A DNA stretch of 64,000 bases from Octopus sinensis (lineage: Eukaryota), in the NCBI RefSeq assembly GCF_006345805.1, contig NC_043016.1, positions 15,128,001 to 15,192,000 on the forward strand, read 5' to 3'. Shown here piece by piece: positions 60,433 to 64,000 of this stretch. Below the pieces are notes generated by a model. The model did no database searches. It was not told where the DNA came from and saw only the letters and a list, made by a program, of their open reading frames with translations. The position numbers and the translations under genes were made by a program. Positions within the stretch are counted from its first letter, which is position 1. Every line of letters starts with the position of its first letter.

Positions 60433-61290
60433 TACAGGGTGCATAAGATATTTGAGGACAGATTTATGTTTATAAAAAACAGATATATAATAACAGATAA
60501 CTTTATTTATCAAAAAATACTATGAGGATAAAACTAAACCTTTTCTATAATGCCATTCAATAAAGCCACCTTCAGCTTCAACAACTGCTTCTATATGAGA
60601 TCTAAATCATCTACATGCTCGAATCAATTGGTCCTGGTTAATTTTGGACATTACTCTGACTACGGCAACTTTCCAAGAATCTTTGGTGTTACCAGCATGT
60701 TCATTGACCTTTCTATCAACAACACTCCACATGTAATAGTCCCATGGATTGAGATCTGGGGAATTAGAAGGCCAAATGTTAGGGGTTATATGATCATGAA
60801 AATTTTCAGCCATCCATTCCTGTGTTACTAGAGCCATGTATGATAGTGCAGAGTCTTACTGAAACACACATGGCCTTCCACTGCATACACTGTCTATCCA
60901 GGGCTTAATAATTATTTCCAGGACCTCAGTGTAAGCGCTATCCAACCAAAATGCAAATATATGGGAAACTACCACCTGTGTCATCTCTTGTGAAAGGTAG
61001 GAGAGTCCAGTTTGCTGGACATTGTTGTAGAGCTGAAAAAGAAGTAATTTCTACTCTTCTCCTCTGGAAGCCATCTACTCGCAATACTAGAGGGCGTACA
61101 TTCTCCTACCCTGATGTAATCTCCAGGGATACAGGCATCCAGCAACAGGACCTCCGTAATGCCATGATGGACCGTGAAGTCTGGCGTAGCATGGTAAATT
61201 CCATTGTCTCAACCACGGTCGAACAATGATGATGATGATGTAAGTGGCAGACCTCAATGTAAGGCCTTGTGGAAAGAGATAAGGAGGCTA
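60433..61290 (-). mobile_element. Tc1/mariner-superfamily (DD37D/maT-like) transposon remnant interrupted by a LINE fragment
   Basis: End TACAGGGTG beside a (TA)n tract. ORF 60607-60837 WPSNSPDLNPWDYYMW. Upstream residues FPQGL...Y-EVLE---KPWIDSVC--RP-VFQ*DSA are readable across the insertion. Subfamily assignment is by motif recall only. Confidence 0.8.
60936..61238 (+). mobile_element. 5'-truncated RTE-like LINE 3' end with (TGA)n tail
   Basis: ORF 60951-61229 has QFAGHC-R and D---WR C-terminal motifs, followed by a TGATGA tail; flanked by TGTAAG at 60930-60935 and 61239-61244. Confidence 0.8.
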
Positions 61291-61676
61291 AAAATATAAA
61301 TATATGAAAACATACTCCAAATATATTAAAAACTAACAGAGATACTTATACTTCGCCTTGCTTGGGATTAAAATGGTATAGTTTTTCATTGTTTTACTCC
61401 TTCAGTCATGTGAATGCGGCCATAATGGAGCACTGAAATTGGCCAAACAAATCAACCACAGGATTTATTCTTTCTAAGTTTTACTTTATCAGTGTCTTTT
61501 ACCAAACTGCTAAGTTATGGCAACATAAACACAGCAAAATCGGTTGACAAGCAATGGCATGGATACAAACACAGACGCACACAAATATACACATATATGA
61601 CAGCCATCTTTCAGTTTCTGTGTATGAAATACACTCACAGGGCTTTGGCTGGCCTGAGGCTATAATATATATATGC

Positions 61677-61731
<55 letters not shown>

Positions 61732-61971
61732 TGTATATATATATGTGTAGAAACATTGCCAGATAAGACCAGAGCCTGGTGCAGCCTTCTGGCTTCCCAG
61801 ATCCCCAGTCGGACGGTCCAACCCATGCTAGCATGGAGAACGGACACTAAACGATGATGATGATGATGTATATATCCATATACATATGTATGTATATATG
61901 CATGTATGTGTATATGTACGTATATATATATCCATGTATATATGTGTATATATATATATATATATATACAT

Positions 61972-62006
<35 letters not shown>

Positions 62007-62099
62007 AAGTTAAAAGCGAAACATTGGGAGTTTGTAGCTTTTTGAAAATGGTGAGGTGATGGGTGGATGTTTGGGGAAGGAGATTTTAGTGTTTCTTTA

Positions 62100-62650
62100 A
62101 GAAAAAGAAAAAAAATTCTCAAAGATTTGTACACGCCGTTTGTTTTCTCTGTGGATTGTCAAGAAAAAAATTCGCAAATAGTAAAAAAAAAATGAAGAAA
62201 TTGGGATGGGGAGAGGGAAAATTAAAATATTGAGAACATATTTTTTGGGCAAAATCCTTATTTCCTGTCTTGAAAACATAGGAATCAGAAGAAATTTAGG
62301 GAAAAACTCAGTGGTTTGGCACAAATGTCACCTTATACATTCTAGAAACAGGGAAAGGACAGGATTTCTGGGAGAACCTTTTAAATTTATATTGAAGATC
62401 AGGTTTTTAAATAGATACATCACAAACGTGAATTACAGAATAAAAAACAGGTAATTTCAAGGCATTCTTTTTGGCTGTGTGAGCTATGAATGCTCATCAC
62501 CACAGTTATGTCCCACATTATGACGACGTATTTCGCCATCTCTGCAGGACTGGCCTGAACAGCATACCTCACTAACTGACATTACTGACTGTGTCAGTCC
62601 ACCATTTATTAGTAGTGAACCAGCCCACTTCTCACCTGGGGCTGTTTGCC
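62100..62650 (-). promoter_or_regulatory. Possible SETD1 promoter / non-coding first exon region
   Basis: Non-repetitive, retains CpGs, has a YY1-like AGATGGCG on the minus strand at 62541-62534, and lies 5' of the first coding exon. No transcript evidence. Confidence 0.3.
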
Positions 62651-64000
62651 ACAATAATATATACATACATATAAGTGTATGTATACACACACACACACAC
62701 ACGTGTGTGTACAATGACTAATGCATACATTTTGACAATTCTCAACCAATTTTCCCCAGACTTTACACACATAATACTTATGTCCCAAGGATGGTTGTGC
62801 ACTGCTATAACATTTTGCGCATAGCTCCCACATAAATGGACATTTTTATTTTTTGTAGGGTCTTCAGACTTTTTTAATCTTTTTATAAACGTGAAAGGAT
62901 TTTATCTATTTATATATTTATACTGTTCACCAACAATGGTGTTTAAATTGACTAGGAACACTAAACGCATACATTTTCATAATTCTCAACTGATTTTCAC
63001 CAAATTTTACCTCTGGAGATATACTGTGATTGAGAAGACCCAGCAAGGAAAGTGAGATTACAGCCATAGCCTACACCAGTGTCACATAACCAACCCATTT
63101 AAAAAGTACCTTTGAATCCTCAGGTGACATGCCTTGAGGAGACTTATTGAGTCAAGTAAATGGAAATTGTAGTAGTTGTGGCTGATACCAGTGTCGCCTG
63201 ACTGGATCCTGTGCTGGTGGCACGCAATAAGCACCATTCATGCGTGGGTCATTACCAGTGCTGCCTGATCGGCTCCCCATGCGAGTGGCATGTAAAAAGT
63301 ACCATCTGAACGTGGGCAATGCCAGCCCCCTGCCCCAACTGGCTCCTGTGCCGGTACCATTTAAAAAGCACCATCCAAATGTGGTCAATGCCAGTGCTGC
63401 CCGACTGGCTCCTGTGCCGGTGGTACGTAAAAAGCACGCACTACACTCTCGGAGTGGTTGGCATTAGAAAGGGCATCCAGCTATAGAAACACTGCCAGAT
63501 CAGTTTGGAGCCTGGTCCGACCTAGTGGTTTGCTAGTCCCTAGTCAAACCATCCAACCCATGCCAGCATGGAAAACAGACGTTAAATGATGATGATGATG
63601 ATTTACACACACTGTATGCTTGAAGGATGGTCATGCACTGAACATTTTGCCCACAGCTCCCACATAAGTGGAACTAAATGGACAAAGATTTTATATGCAA
63701 GGATTTTGTCTATTTCCACCTTCCACCGTTATTAAATTGACTAGGAACAGAGTACATGATGAATATCCAATACCAAACAATCTTAATCTCCATATTTAAA
63801 CTGCATTAAACTTTGGTAAGCTTACCTTTACCTATTCTGTGTTACACTCTTCTATCTATTGATACCTTTGTTTACCTACCAATCCATTGTTTTCCCTTAA
63901 CGATGCTTATTTACCCATCCATTATATTTCAAATGTTTTCTGTTGTTTCAAATACGTTTTAGCATTGTTGTTCTAGTCTTTTTTAAACACTCACATGATA

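Noticed and set aside
62040-62060. Plus-strand ATG|GTGAG as first exon of a divergent gene
   Set aside because: A single short motif with no downstream exon identifiable in the remaining 1.9 kb.

Overview
Eukaryotic, AT-rich, repeat-dense genomic window. The repeat content looks like an octopus/coleoid cephalopod, but that is an inference. One protein-coding gene dominates: a SET1/COMPASS H3K4 methyltransferase (SETD1A/B, Set1 ortholog) on the minus strand. I assembled it by hand from 14 coding exons (59634 down to the stop at 14171). All junctions are GT-AG and phase-compatible, giving about 1739 aa from the ATG at 59593; the 5'-most exon/TSS is unresolved. The rest is introns and flank filled with dead mobile elements: two full-length mariner copies, a Tc1/DD37D-like remnant, RTE LINE fragments and many truncated RTE 3'-UTR copies, a rearranged Penelope-like element, several tRNA-derived SINE families, piggyBac- and hAT-type MITEs, and microsatellites. 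Most short ORFs in the track are repeat artefacts. The most interesting non-annotated signals are RNA-level. (1) Minimal dimer-type hammerhead ribozyme motifs of three sequence families, one sitting behind a tRNA-like Pol III A/B-box head inside a Penelope pseudo-LTR. (2) A 330-bp fold-back of that hammerhead module whose 12-bp target-site duplication copied the 5' splice site of the SETD1 WIN-motif exon, creating a potential poison alternative donor. No prokaryotic-type system (CRISPR, operon) is present. All alignments and folds were done by eye, and repeat boundaries are approximate unless a TSD/TIR is quoted.
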